From the NCBI GenBank assembly GCA_050015335.1, contig JBEKBP010000021.1, forward strand, positions 18,319 to 82,318: a stretch of DNA of 64,000 bases, read 5' to 3'. This DNA is from Candidatus Acidiferrales bacterium. Its GTDB lineage: Bacteria; Acidobacteriota; Terriglobia; Acidiferrales; UBA7541. Below, one piece after another: positions 9,124-17,588 of the stretch (position 1 is its first letter; every line of letters begins with the position of its first letter). Below the pieces are notes generated by a model. The model saw nothing but the letters and a program-made list of their open reading frames with translations. It did no database searches and was not told the DNA's origin. A program made the translations under genes and the position numbers.

Positions 9124-10079
9124 CGGACCAACACCTCGACCGCGTGCGATTGTGATTTCTCCCGGCCAACGAGGCGGAGGAAATAATCCTCCAGCGTGGG
9201 GCGAACCGGCGTAACAGAAAGAATGCGAGCCTCGCAGGTTCGAAGATGCTCGACAGTCGCATAGAGTTCGTCCTCCGGCACTTCGATGCGATAGCGGCCT
9301 CCCAGATGAACGGCTCGTTCGGCGAGGGAGCGCGGCAACTCGCGGCCCTGTCGCCCTTCGAACAGGATCTCCATTCCGTGCACAGCCATTGAGACGATGT
9401 CTCCGGGAGCGCCCGCTCCTTGCAGTTTCCCGCCGACCAGCACCGCAACGCGATCACACAACATTTCCGCGTCCGAGAGGATATGGGTCGAGAAAAATAC
9501 GGTGCGGCCCTGCTGCTTCAATTGAAGAATGATGTCGCGAACCTCTCGGCGGCCGACCGGGTCAAGGCCCGACATCGGCTCGTCGAGGAAAACCACCTGG
9601 GGGTCGTGCAGGATCGCCTGGGCTATTCCCGCGCGCTGTAACATGCCCTTGGAGAATTTCCGCAGCTGCACATCGGCGGCCGTGGCCAGACCGACCATTT
9701 CGAGAAACCGCCCGACGCGTTTCCGGCGCTCCGCCGCGCCATATCCGAAAAACCGAGCGTAGTAATCAAGCAGCTCGTGCGCGGTGAGGTAGTCGTAGAA
9801 ATAGGGCTGTTCGGGCAGATAACCGATCGCGCGATGCATGCCGACGTCGTCGATCGAACGTCCGCGGATGCGCGCGGTCCCGGCGGTCGGGAAAATGAGC
9901 CCCATCAGCAGCTTCAACGTGGTGGTCTTGCCCGCCCCATTCGGGCCGAGAAAACCCAGAACCTCTCCTTGCTCCACTTCGAGGGTGAGATGATCGAGCG
10001 AGCGGCGGGTCCGCTTGCGCCAGAAACCCACGGGATAATCCTTGGTGAGCCCCAAAATTTCGATCGCCGGCGTGCTCAT
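9120..10079 (-). CDS. ABC transporter ATP-binding protein
   Basis: Walker A GPNGAGKTT, a signature-like FSKGMLQR, and Walker B VVFLDEPMSGLD. Confidence 0.9.
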   Translation of the reverse strand: MSTPAIEILGLTKDYPVGFWRKRTRRSLDHLTLEVEQGEVLGFLGPNGAGKTTTLKLLMGLIFPTAGTARIRGRSIDDVGMHRAIGYLPEQPYFYDYLTAHELLDYYARFFGYGAAERRKRVGRFLEMVGLATAADVQLRKFSKGMLQRAGIAQAILHDPQVVFLDEPMSGLDPVGRREVRDIILQLKQQGRTVFFSTHILSDAEMLCDRVAVLVGGKLQGAGAPGDIVSMAVHGMEILFEGRQGRELPRSLAERAVHLGGRYRIEVPEDELYATVEHLRTCEARILSVTPVRPTLEDYFLRLVGREKSQSHAVEVLVR

Positions 10080-10237
10080 GGCAGTCCTGTTATTTTTTCC
10101 CGGGCGCTAAATGCGTGTCAAGAGCACACCCTGTATGCCAAAAGCACACGCCCGCGCTGGGGGAGCCAGTGAGAAACTCCTGAACAATTGTCGCCGGAAT
10201 CGCCTGCGATGGGAATAGTAGCCGCGCGGCGAGTGTA

Positions 10238-10284
10238 CCACTATAGATAGACAGTTACGACAACGACCACCTAACATTTTGTGG
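10238..10284. promoter_or_regulatory. Candidate tandem NrdR boxes upstream of nrdJ
   Basis: CCACTATAGATAGACA (10238-10253) and ACCTAACATTTTGTGG (10269-10284) each match 11/16 positions of acaCwAtATaTwGtgt. Centre-to-centre spacing is 31 bp. Confidence 0.35.
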
Positions 10285-10302
10285 TTAAACCGCGAATTTT
10301 TC

Positions 10303-10331
10303 TTGACAAGTTTTTCGCGACGCCCGATACT
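10303..10331 (+). promoter_or_regulatory. Sigma70-like promoter TTGACA-17-GATACT for nrdJ
   Basis: -35 TTGACA at 10303-10308 and -10 GATACT at 10326-10331. An alternative, TAGACA-18-TAACAT (10247-10276), overlaps the NrdR-like boxes. Confidence 0.45.
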
Positions 10332-10689
10332 GCGCAACCAGACTCGCAAGAGAAAACGGAAGTCGATTGTCGCCTCAGCCCGCGCGATCGGCCCAACGAG
10401 GCAGCGGGACCGGCTTAGTAAACCAACGCGCAATATCCCCTTCCATCCGCGAGCAGTGTTGCGCGCGGCTTGGCTGGGCTTTTTCATTTTCCCCGGCTTA
10501 GGCGCCGGCTTCGGGGCACCTTCGCTTTCGATTGAGACGTGTGAACCGCTCGTTGCGCGTGCCAGTGACGATCACTCGATACGCGCCACAACTTCCGGCT
10601 TCCGGGAATGGGGAGTAGAATTAGGCAACAAGCCTCCCGCCTGGCACCCCGGCCAACTTTCGACGGCAAGACTGCCGGCGCGGAGGCAG

Positions 10690-13506
10690 ATGATGGCAGA
10701 GACACGGATGGTCCTGAACGGAACCATGCAAACGCAACAGACAACTCGAAAGGCAACCGGCCTGGATTTCCAGCGCTGGTTTACAGACGGCAAGATTGCC
10801 CCGTTCGACAAGGTCGAATGGGAACGCCGGACCGCACTGATCGGCAATGAGAAGGGACAGGTAATTTTCAGGCAGGAGAATGTGGAGGTGCCCAAGAGCT
10901 GGTCGCAGACGGCGACCAACATCGTGGCCTCCAAGTATTTTCACGGGAAACCGAACACCCACGAGCGCGAAACCTCGGCGCGGCAACTGATCGGCCGCGT
11001 GGTAGATACCATCGTGCGCTGGGGAGACGAAGGCGGCTACTTCGCTACTCCGGAATCGAAAAACGCGTTTCGCGACGAGCTGGCCCACCTGCTCGTGGAA
11101 CAGAAGATGGCTTTCAATTCGCCTGTGTGGTTCAACGTCGGCGTGCAGGCCAAGCCGCAGTGCTCGGCGTGCTTCATCAACTCCGTCCAGGACAGCATGG
11201 ACTCCATTATGAACCTCGCCAAGACGGAGGGGATGCTGTTCAAGTGGGGCTCCGGCACGGGCACGAATTTCTCTTCTCTGCGCGGCAGCCGTGAATCTCT
11301 TTCCGGGGGCGGAATCGCCTCGGGCCCGGTGAGTTTCATGAAGGGCTTCGATGCCTTTGCGGGTGTGATCAAGAGCGGCGGAAAAACACGCCGCGCCGCC
11401 AAGATGGTGATCCTCAACATCGATCACCCGGACATCCAGGAGTTCATCGAATCCAAGATGAAGGAGGAGCGCAAGGCGCAAGTCCTGATCGAGCAGGGCT
11501 ATAACTCTTCGATTGACGGCGAGGCCTATTCCTCGGTGTTCTTCCAGAACGCGAACCATTCGGTGCGCGTGACCGACGACTACATGCGCGCCGTGGAAGA
11601 GGATCGCGACTGGTGGACGCGCAACGTGAACGACGGGAAGCCGGTGGATAAATTCCGCGCGCGCGATCTGATGCGCGAAATGTCGGAATCGGCGTGGCAA
11701 TGCGGCGATCCGGGCATGCAGTACGACACGACCATCAATCGCTGGCACACCTGCAAAGCCACCGATCGCATCAACGCATCCAACCCGTGCTCTGAATACA
11801 TGTTCCTCGACGATACGGCCTGCAATCTCGCGTCGCTCAACCTGCTGAAGTTTCTGGGCGATAACGGGCAATTCGATGCGGCCGGTTTCCGGCACGCCGT
11901 CGAGGTAACCATCACCGCGCAAGAGATTCTGGTCGACAACGCGAGCTATCCGACCGAGAAGATCGCGCGCAACTCGCACGATTTCCGCCCGCTGGGAATT
12001 GGCTACGCGAACCTGGGCGCGCTGCTGATGTCGATGGCGCTCCCCTATGATTCTGACGGCGGCCGCGATTTTTGCGGCGCGGTTACGGCTTTGCTGACCG
12101 GCGAGTCCTACGCGCAGTCGGCGCGCATCGCCGAGCGCATGGGCCCGTTTGGCGGCTATCTACGCAACCGCGAACCCATGCTCGAGGTGATCCGGATGCA
12201 TCGCGATTCGCTTCGCCCCATCAAGGAAGAAAACGTGCAGCCCTCCCTGCTGCGGGCCGCGCAGGAATCCTGGGATGCCGCGCTCGAATTGGGCGAGAGA
12301 TTCGGATTCAAGAATTCGCAGGTTTCCGTGCTCGCGCCCACGGGCACCATCGGCTTCATGATGGATTGCGATACCACCGGAATTGAACCGGACCTCGCGC
12401 TCGTCAAGCAGAAGAGGCTCGTGGGCGGCGGCGTGATCAAGATCGTGAACAACACCGTGCCCCAGGCCCTGATGAAGCTGGGGTATCCGCCGGAGCAAGT
12501 GGCGCAAATCGTCGATTACATCGACGCGGAAGGCAAAATCGAAGGAGCGTCAGGTCTAAAGCCCGAGCATCTTCCCGTGTTCGATTGCTCGCTCACCCCG
12601 ATGGGCGGCGGGCGGTCCATTGCCTGGCGCGGCCACCTCAAGATGATGGCGGCGGCGCAACCATTCCTCTCCGGCGCCATCAGCAAGACCATCAACATGC
12701 CGGAAGAATCCACGGTGGAAGATATTTCCGAGGCTTACATCGAATCCTGGAAGCTCGGCCTCAAAGCCGTAGCCATCTACCGCGACAATTCCAAGCGCTC
12801 GCAACCGCTCTCGGCCGCAGGAAAGAAGGACGAAGGAAAACCAGCGGCAGTCGATGCTGTCGCCGTAAAGGCAGCGCTGCCCGAAGTGCCTGCTCCCGAG
12901 CAACAGGAGCTTTTTGTGCCCAGCGCGCATCGCCGCAAGCTGCAGAACGAGCGCAGCTCGATCACCCACAAGTTCTCTATCGGCGGCCACGAAGGCTATT
13001 TGACCGTCGGGAAGTACGAGGACGGCACGCCCGGTGAAATCTTCATCAAGATGGCGAAAGAGGGGTCGACGCTTTCTGGCATCATGGATGCCTTTGCGTT
13101 GTCGGTTTCGATTGCCCTGCAGTACGGCGTGCCGCTTCGCGCGCTGGTCGATAAGTTCGTGAATTCGCGCTTCGAACCCTCGGGTTACACCGGCAATCCC
13201 GAAATCCGCTACGCGAAATCCATCGTGGACTACCTCGGGCGCTGGCTCGGCGGGAAATTCATCTCTCGTGATTACTTGGATGCCGATGTGATCGAAGAGA
13301 TCACTCCAGTGGCGTCGGCTCCAGCGGCCGCTTCCAAGGCACCGGCGGCAGGCGTAGCCGCCAAAGTTGGTGAACCGGAACTTGCCACGCGTCCGCGTGC
13401 AGCAATCGACGATGCGCCATCCTGCTCGGAATGCGGAATGCTCATGACGCCGAACGGCAGTTGCTACAAATGCGCGAACTGCGGCAGCACTTCGGGTTGC
13501 AGTTAA
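10690..13506 (+). CDS. nrdJ: Adenosylcobalamin-dependent ribonucleoside-diphosphate reductase (class II RNR)
   Basis: GGAGG at 10682-10686 precedes ATGATG at 10690. Conserved class II blocks are present (FNSPVWFN, CSACFI, GSGTGTNFS.LR, NPCSEY). The C-terminus is a Cys-rich tail, CSECG...CYKCANCG. The start is uncertain within about 40 nt. Confidence 0.85.
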   Translation: MMAETRMVLNGTMQTQQTTRKATGLDFQRWFTDGKIAPFDKVEWERRTALIGNEKGQVIFRQENVEVPKSWSQTATNIVASKYFHGKPNTHERETSARQLIGRVVDTIVRWGDEGGYFATPESKNAFRDELAHLLVEQKMAFNSPVWFNVGVQAKPQCSACFINSVQDSMDSIMNLAKTEGMLFKWGSGTGTNFSSLRGSRESLSGGGIASGPVSFMKGFDAFAGVIKSGGKTRRAAKMVILNIDHPDIQEFIESKMKEERKAQVLIEQGYNSSIDGEAYSSVFFQNANHSVRVTDDYMRAVEEDRDWWTRNVNDGKPVDKFRARDLMREMSESAWQCGDPGMQYDTTINRWHTCKATDRINASNPCSEYMFLDDTACNLASLNLLKFLGDNGQFDAAGFRHAVEVTITAQEILVDNASYPTEKIARNSHDFRPLGIGYANLGALLMSMALPYDSDGGRDFCGAVTALLTGESYAQSARIAERMGPFGGYLRNREPMLEVIRMHRDSLRPIKEENVQPSLLRAAQESWDAALELGERFGFKNSQVSVLAPTGTIGFMMDCDTTGIEPDLALVKQKRLVGGGVIKIVNNTVPQALMKLGYPPEQVAQIVDYIDAEGKIEGASGLKPEHLPVFDCSLTPMGGGRSIAWRGHLKMMAAAQPFLSGAISKTINMPEESTVEDISEAYIESWKLGLKAVAIYRDNSKRSQPLSAAGKKDEGKPAAVDAVAVKAALPEVPAPEQQELFVPSAHRRKLQNERSSITHKFSIGGHEGYLTVGKYEDGTPGEIFIKMAKEGSTLSGIMDAFALSVSIALQYGVPLRALVDKFVNSRFEPSGYTGNPEIRYAKSIVDYLGRWLGGKFISRDYLDADVIEEITPVASAPAAASKAPAAGVAAKVGEPELATRPRAAIDDAPSCSECGMLMTPNGSCYKCANCGSTSGCS

Positions 13507-13532
13507 CAACTCAAGCAAGCTTCAGTCGTGTG

Positions 13533-13567
13533 AGGGCACTGCCAGTACGGGGTGCCCTTTTCTATTT
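13533..13567 (+). terminator. Intrinsic terminator after nrdJ
   Basis: AGGGCAC (13533-13539) pairs with GTGCCCT (13552-13558), followed by TTTTCTATTT. Confidence 0.65.
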
Positions 13568-13780
13568 CCATTTGGAAAAAATAGCGGCAGGAAACCTGCG
13601 GCGAAAAAGTCGGGGGCCCACCCGGGCCCCCATTTGCTCCACCCCCCGAAAACCGGCCTCGGCGCAACGAAACCGGCCCACCCCGGGAAATAAAGACAGC
13701 CGCAGGACTAGTTGCACGCCTGATGCCACCGATCAATGATTTCGATTGAATGCCGGGTCGCTGATTTCACAGGACTTAGG

Positions 13781-13818
13781 AAAGCAAAAGACGAACCGAT
13801 ATCACATGCTGGTTCGCC
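13781..13818 (-). terminator. Intrinsic terminator downstream of glmM
   Basis: The minus strand reads GGCGAACC-loop-GGTTCGTC followed by TTTTGCTTT. Confidence 0.5.
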
Positions 13819-13935
13819 GGAATCCAATTTCTGAAAGCAAGCTCTCTTAATCCTACATTCTTTGGAAGAAACACCGCCATCCCGGTCGAGGGGCCGCAGT
13901 TGAGGTAAGCGGTGTCTGAAAAATTCGAACGATCG

Positions 13936-15276
13936 TCAACCGATCGAGGATTGCAGTGCCGAAGCCAGGGATTCTGTCCATCGCGAGACATCCTCTTCCC
14001 GCTCGGCTTCCACCATCACACGGGCCAGGGGTTCTGTGCCGGAGTATCGGAGGACGATTCGTCCGGAGTTGCCAAGGGTCTTTTCAGCTTGCTGCATCAG
14101 AAATGCAATCTCAGGCAAGGAATCCAGTGACGGTTTTGACCGTACACGCACATTGACGATCTTCTGAGGGAAGATTTTCAAATCCGCCACCAGCGCATCC
14201 AAAGGGGCGGCCAGGGAAACCAGAGAGGCAATCTTTACGGCGGTCAACATGCCATCGCCGGTCGTGGCGTCGTCCAGAAATAGGATGTGCCCGGATTGCT
14301 CGCCGCCCAGATTTGCTCCGATACGCCGCATTTCTTCCAGGACGTAGCGGTCACCGACGGCTGTGCGCGCGAGCTGGAGTCCCGATTTCGCGAGGGCGCG
14401 TTCCAAACCAAGGTTGGCCATGGTTGTACCGACAATGACGTTGCCCTTCAATTGGCCGGCTGATTTTAGATAACGTCCGGCGATCAGCAGAACGCCGTCC
14501 CCGTCGACGAGCTTGCCCGAAGCGGTCGAGAAAATCGCGCGGTCTGCATCGCCGTCGAAAGCCACACCGAGCGCCGCTCCGTTTTCCACGACGACCTTCT
14601 GCAAACCCTCAGGGTGCAGGGAGCCGCAACCGGCATTGATGTTCCGGCCGTCCGGGGAATCATTGATCGCGATCACCGTAGCGCCCAGCGAAGCGAACAA
14701 CTCCGGCGCCAGTTTGCTCGCAGCTCCATTCGCGCAATCGAGAACGATGTTCATCCCGGCGAATTTCGCGCCGGGAAAAATGGCGGCCCGCAATCCCGCC
14801 AGGTACTGTTCGGAGAGCTTCTGGTCGCCGTTGAGCGGCGCTTGCTGCAAAGCGGAAACGTTGCCGTTTCTGGAAAGAATCACCTTTTCGAGCGCCGCTT
14901 CGATGGAATCGGGAAATTTCATCCCAGAAGACGAAATGAGCTTGACCCCATTGTCGTGATAGGGATTGTGGGAGGCTGAGATGACCACGCCGGCGGAAAA
15001 CCCGTCGTGGTTGACAAGCCAAGCTACTCCGGGAGTGGTCAGCACGCCTGCCGACACCGGCTGCGAGCCAGCGGAGACGAGCCCTCTCGCGATGCACTGG
15101 GCAATGTGGCGCCCGGATTCGCGCGTGTCCCGGCCGATCAGAACCTTGGGGTTGGCGGATCGCTCGCGAAGATGCTTCCCGAGCGCCAGCCCAACGCGTT
15201 CGAGCGTCGCGTCGTCGAGCGGATACTCCCCCGGAATCCCGCGGATCCCATCGGTGCCGAACAGCTCTTTCCCCAT
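13936..15276 (-). CDS. glmM: Phosphoglucosamine mutase
   Basis: N-terminal FGTDGIRG, phosphoserine loop SASHNPYHDNG, and DGDADR metal-binding loop. Confidence 0.92.
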   Translation of the reverse strand: MGKELFGTDGIRGIPGEYPLDDATLERVGLALGKHLRERSANPKVLIGRDTRESGRHIAQCIARGLVSAGSQPVSAGVLTTPGVAWLVNHDGFSAGVVISASHNPYHDNGVKLISSSGMKFPDSIEAALEKVILSRNGNVSALQQAPLNGDQKLSEQYLAGLRAAIFPGAKFAGMNIVLDCANGAASKLAPELFASLGATVIAINDSPDGRNINAGCGSLHPEGLQKVVVENGAALGVAFDGDADRAIFSTASGKLVDGDGVLLIAGRYLKSAGQLKGNVIVGTTMANLGLERALAKSGLQLARTAVGDRYVLEEMRRIGANLGGEQSGHILFLDDATTGDGMLTAVKIASLVSLAAPLDALVADLKIFPQKIVNVRVRSKPSLDSLPEIAFLMQQAEKTLGNSGRIVLRYSGTEPLARVMVEAEREEDVSRWTESLASALQSSIG

Positions 15277-15312
15277 TGTGCCGCCTATGCTCTGGTTGAA
15301 GGTGAGTAGGCA

Positions 15313-15321
15313 ATTCTAACA
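15313..15321 (-). promoter_or_regulatory. Extended -10 (TGTTAGAAT) promoter element for glmM
   Basis: The minus strand reads TGTTAGAAT about 36 nt upstream of ATG 15276. Confidence 0.4.
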
Positions 15322-15486
15322 CTCCGCAACTCCGAAGATAGGCGAGCGTGCCGCGCATACATCCAAAATGTAAACTTTTGGCAGAACCTAAGGGCTTTAT
15401 GAATGTGGGAGTGAAACTTCCTGATCCTAGTGTCCGACAAGCACCTCTGCATCCGCGCGCGAGACGCTGTGCTATCTTTACAGATA

Positions 15487-16545
15487 ATGCCTCTTGAAGA
15501 GTCCAAAGTGATTACCGCCAGCTCGGCGAGCGCGCGAATCATCGCGGTAGGAATCGCGATGGCATTCTGCTATTTCGCGTCCACCGTGCTGGTGACGCTG
15601 CTGATGGCGGTTCTGATGGCCTACTTTCTTGATCCGCTGGTGACCTGGCTCGAAAGGGTGCGCATACCGAGGGCGTTGGGCTCGCTTTTGATGGTTCTGT
15701 TCACGCTGGCGCTCATGGCAGTGCTCGGCTGGACGCTCGTCGAGCGCGCGGATCAATTCAGTACCGACTGGCCCAAGTATCGCGCTCCTCTGCGAGCCGC
15801 CTCTGCCGACTTTGAGCGCAGGCTCGAGAACCTGGAAGCCCGCGTGTCGGAGATTGAACCGGGCCAACTACCAGGTCCACGCATCATTACGGTAACCGAT
15901 CCGCATCCGGTGCGGACGGCGCTTGTGGGAAGGCTCAATTCGCTCTACTCCTTCCTATTTGCCGCTACTTTCATGCCCTTTCTGGTCTTTTTTATGCTGG
16001 CGGCCAAGCGGCAAGTATGGCACGCCACCATGCAGCTGTTCCCTGCTGCGGAGCGCACCGAGGTGAAGGATGCTCTCTCAGACGTCACGCGAGTCCTGCG
16101 CAGCTACCTGATGGGCACCGCCCTTGTGGGGTTGATCCTCGTCGTTGCGAGTTGGCTGTTTTTTATGGCTCTAGGGCTGGACTTCCCGTTCCTGACGGCG
16201 CTTGTTTCGGGCATGTGCAACCTGGTCCCTTATCTTGGGGCCGTAATGGCATGGATACCCCCGCTCTTTATCGGGTTGAAGCAATATCACAGCGTGGCGC
16301 CCTATCTGGGAATTGTGGCCGTGCTCACCTCGTTCCATATCGTGACAGCGAATCTGTTGATTCCGGCGCTGATCGGCTGGCGCGTTCGCCTCAACGCCCT
16401 GGCGGTCACCGTTTCTTTGTTGTTTTGGGGATGGCTGTGGGGAGCCATGGGACTGGTTCTCGCCATTCCCATCATGGCGGTGTTCAAGGTGATCTGCGAT
16501 CACGTGGAGCGCCTGCAGCCAGTGGGACGGTGGCTCAGCGCTTAG
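15487..16545 (+). CDS. AI-2E family transporter (PerM/UPF0118)
   Basis: Multi-TM protein with the conserved C-terminal block LLFWGWLWGAMGLVLAIP. An extended -10 TGcTATCTT (15470-15478) ends 8 nt before the ATG. Confidence 0.75.
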   Translation: MPLEESKVITASSASARIIAVGIAMAFCYFASTVLVTLLMAVLMAYFLDPLVTWLERVRIPRALGSLLMVLFTLALMAVLGWTLVERADQFSTDWPKYRAPLRAASADFERRLENLEARVSEIEPGQLPGPRIITVTDPHPVRTALVGRLNSLYSFLFAATFMPFLVFFMLAAKRQVWHATMQLFPAAERTEVKDALSDVTRVLRSYLMGTALVGLILVVASWLFFMALGLDFPFLTALVSGMCNLVPYLGAVMAWIPPLFIGLKQYHSVAPYLGIVAVLTSFHIVTANLLIPALIGWRVRLNALAVTVSLLFWGWLWGAMGLVLAIPIMAVFKVICDHVERLQPVGRWLSA

Positions 16546-16551
16546 CTGGAT

Positions 16552-17235
16552 TTATCGGGGTTGCATTCGCTGCAGGCGATCAACCGACTGCTTCAGTGAC
16601 GCTGCGTCTTCCGATTGCTGGAACAAACGAATGGCGGCGATTCCGGTCGCCCCCGCTTGCAGCGCTGCGGAGGCATTTTCTTCCGTCACTCCGCCAATCG
16701 CCATCACAGGAACCCCCACGGCACCGCACACGGCGGCGAGCCGGGCAACTCCCCGGGGCGGTCCAAAAGCGCGTTTCGCAGGTGTATCGTAAACCGGCCC
16801 GAAGAAGACGTAGCTTGCGCCAGCCCCTTCTGCTTCGAGCGCTTCCTCAATCCGATGGCACGAAACCCCCACTAGAAATCCCGGCGGCGCATTCCCGCCG
16901 CGGCACCAGCGAACCACTTCAGAAGCAGCAACCGATTCACGGCCAAGATGCACTCCCGCCGCGCCGGCGGCCACCGCGACGTCGAGCCGGCCGTTCACGA
17001 TAATGCGCGCGCCTCCGGCGGCCTCTTCGGCCGTGCAAATGGCGTCTCGGGTCAGTGTGAGCAATTCGCGAGCAGACAAATCCTTTTCGCGAATCTGGAT
17101 CCAATCGATTCCCGCCTCGGCGGCAATGCGGATTCTACCGATGAGGCCCAGCGAACCAGTGGCCTGCAGCGCTTGGCGGTCTGTAACGTAACAGAGCGTC
17201 GGAGGGTGAGGGGCAAGGTTGCGGCGGGAAATCAT
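16552..17235 (-). CDS. thiE: Thiamine-phosphate synthase
   Basis: ThiE-like blocks: IQIREKD, VNGRLDVA...GVHLG, FGPVY.T..K and AIGG. Confidence 0.8.
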   Translation of the reverse strand: MISRRNLAPHPPTLCYVTDRQALQATGSLGLIGRIRIAAEAGIDWIQIREKDLSARELLTLTRDAICTAEEAAGGARIIVNGRLDVAVAAGAAGVHLGRESVAASEVVRWCRGGNAPPGFLVGVSCHRIEEALEAEGAGASYVFFGPVYDTPAKRAFGPPRGVARLAAVCGAVGVPVMAIGGVTEENASAALQAGATGIAAIRLFQQSEDAASLKQSVDRLQRMQPR

Positions 17236-17274
17236 TCTGGGCGATCCGCATCAAAAATTCCAGGCGCGGCCTAG

Positions 17275-17520
17275 CTAGCCAGGGCCTGGAACAACCACTG
17301 CGCGGCGGCGAAATGCTCCCACCGAGAGAAGAACGTTGATGAGCCCCAATCCAGAAATTGCCCCGCGCAGAAAGGGATTCTTAAGCAAAACGCCCAGCGC
17401 GGGATACTGGAAGAGAAAATAATTGGCTTCCCAGATATCCGACCAGGGCACCAGAATCAGCGTCAATCCGAGTTCGAGCCAGACCATCAGCATGGCGACG
17501 CGGAGCAGTCGATTTAGCAT
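17275..17520 (-). CDS. Small integral membrane protein (hypothetical)
   Basis: ATG 17520 gives MLNRLLRVAMLMVWLELGLTLILVPW and a second TM segment. CATAAT lies 9 nt upstream of the ATG and there is no SD. Confidence 0.45.
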   Translation of the reverse strand: MLNRLLRVAMLMVWLELGLTLILVPWSDIWEANYFLFQYPALGVLLKNPFLRGAISGLGLINVLLSVGAFRRRAVVVPGPG

Positions 17521-17588
17521 CGGGTTAGAATTATGGGAGATTCCAGCCGGGCTGGCAACCCGCGCTTGGCGCGCGGACCAGACCAAGC

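Noticed and set aside
10600-10689. A cobalamin riboswitch in front of nrdJ, based on a B12-box-like CAAGACTGCCGGC and a GGGAAT element.
   Set aside because: The conserved core (GGTG..AA..CC, GCCACTG) is not convincingly present and the element would be too short. Repressing a B12-dependent RNR by B12 also runs against known regulatory logic. A covariance-model scan is still needed to fully exclude it.
10621-11979. Long antisense ORFs opposite well-supported genes. Examples: 452 aa opposite nrdJ; 49685-51073 opposite gyrB; 51308-52273 and 52370-53440 opposite gyrA; 43610-44623 opposite prfA; 37680-38816 opposite lon; 39987-40994 opposite cca; 31425-32195 opposite pfk; 32707-34044 opposite thyX.
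   Set aside because: These are typical high-GC shadow ORFs. Their translations are Arg/Ala/Gly/His-rich with no recognisable motifs, while the opposite strand encodes textbook conserved proteins.
13776-13991. A 71-aa ORF overlapping the glmM 3' end and the AT-rich spacer.
   Set aside because: It overlaps the glmM stop region out of frame. The remainder lies in low-GC, terminator-containing sequence, and there is no SD.
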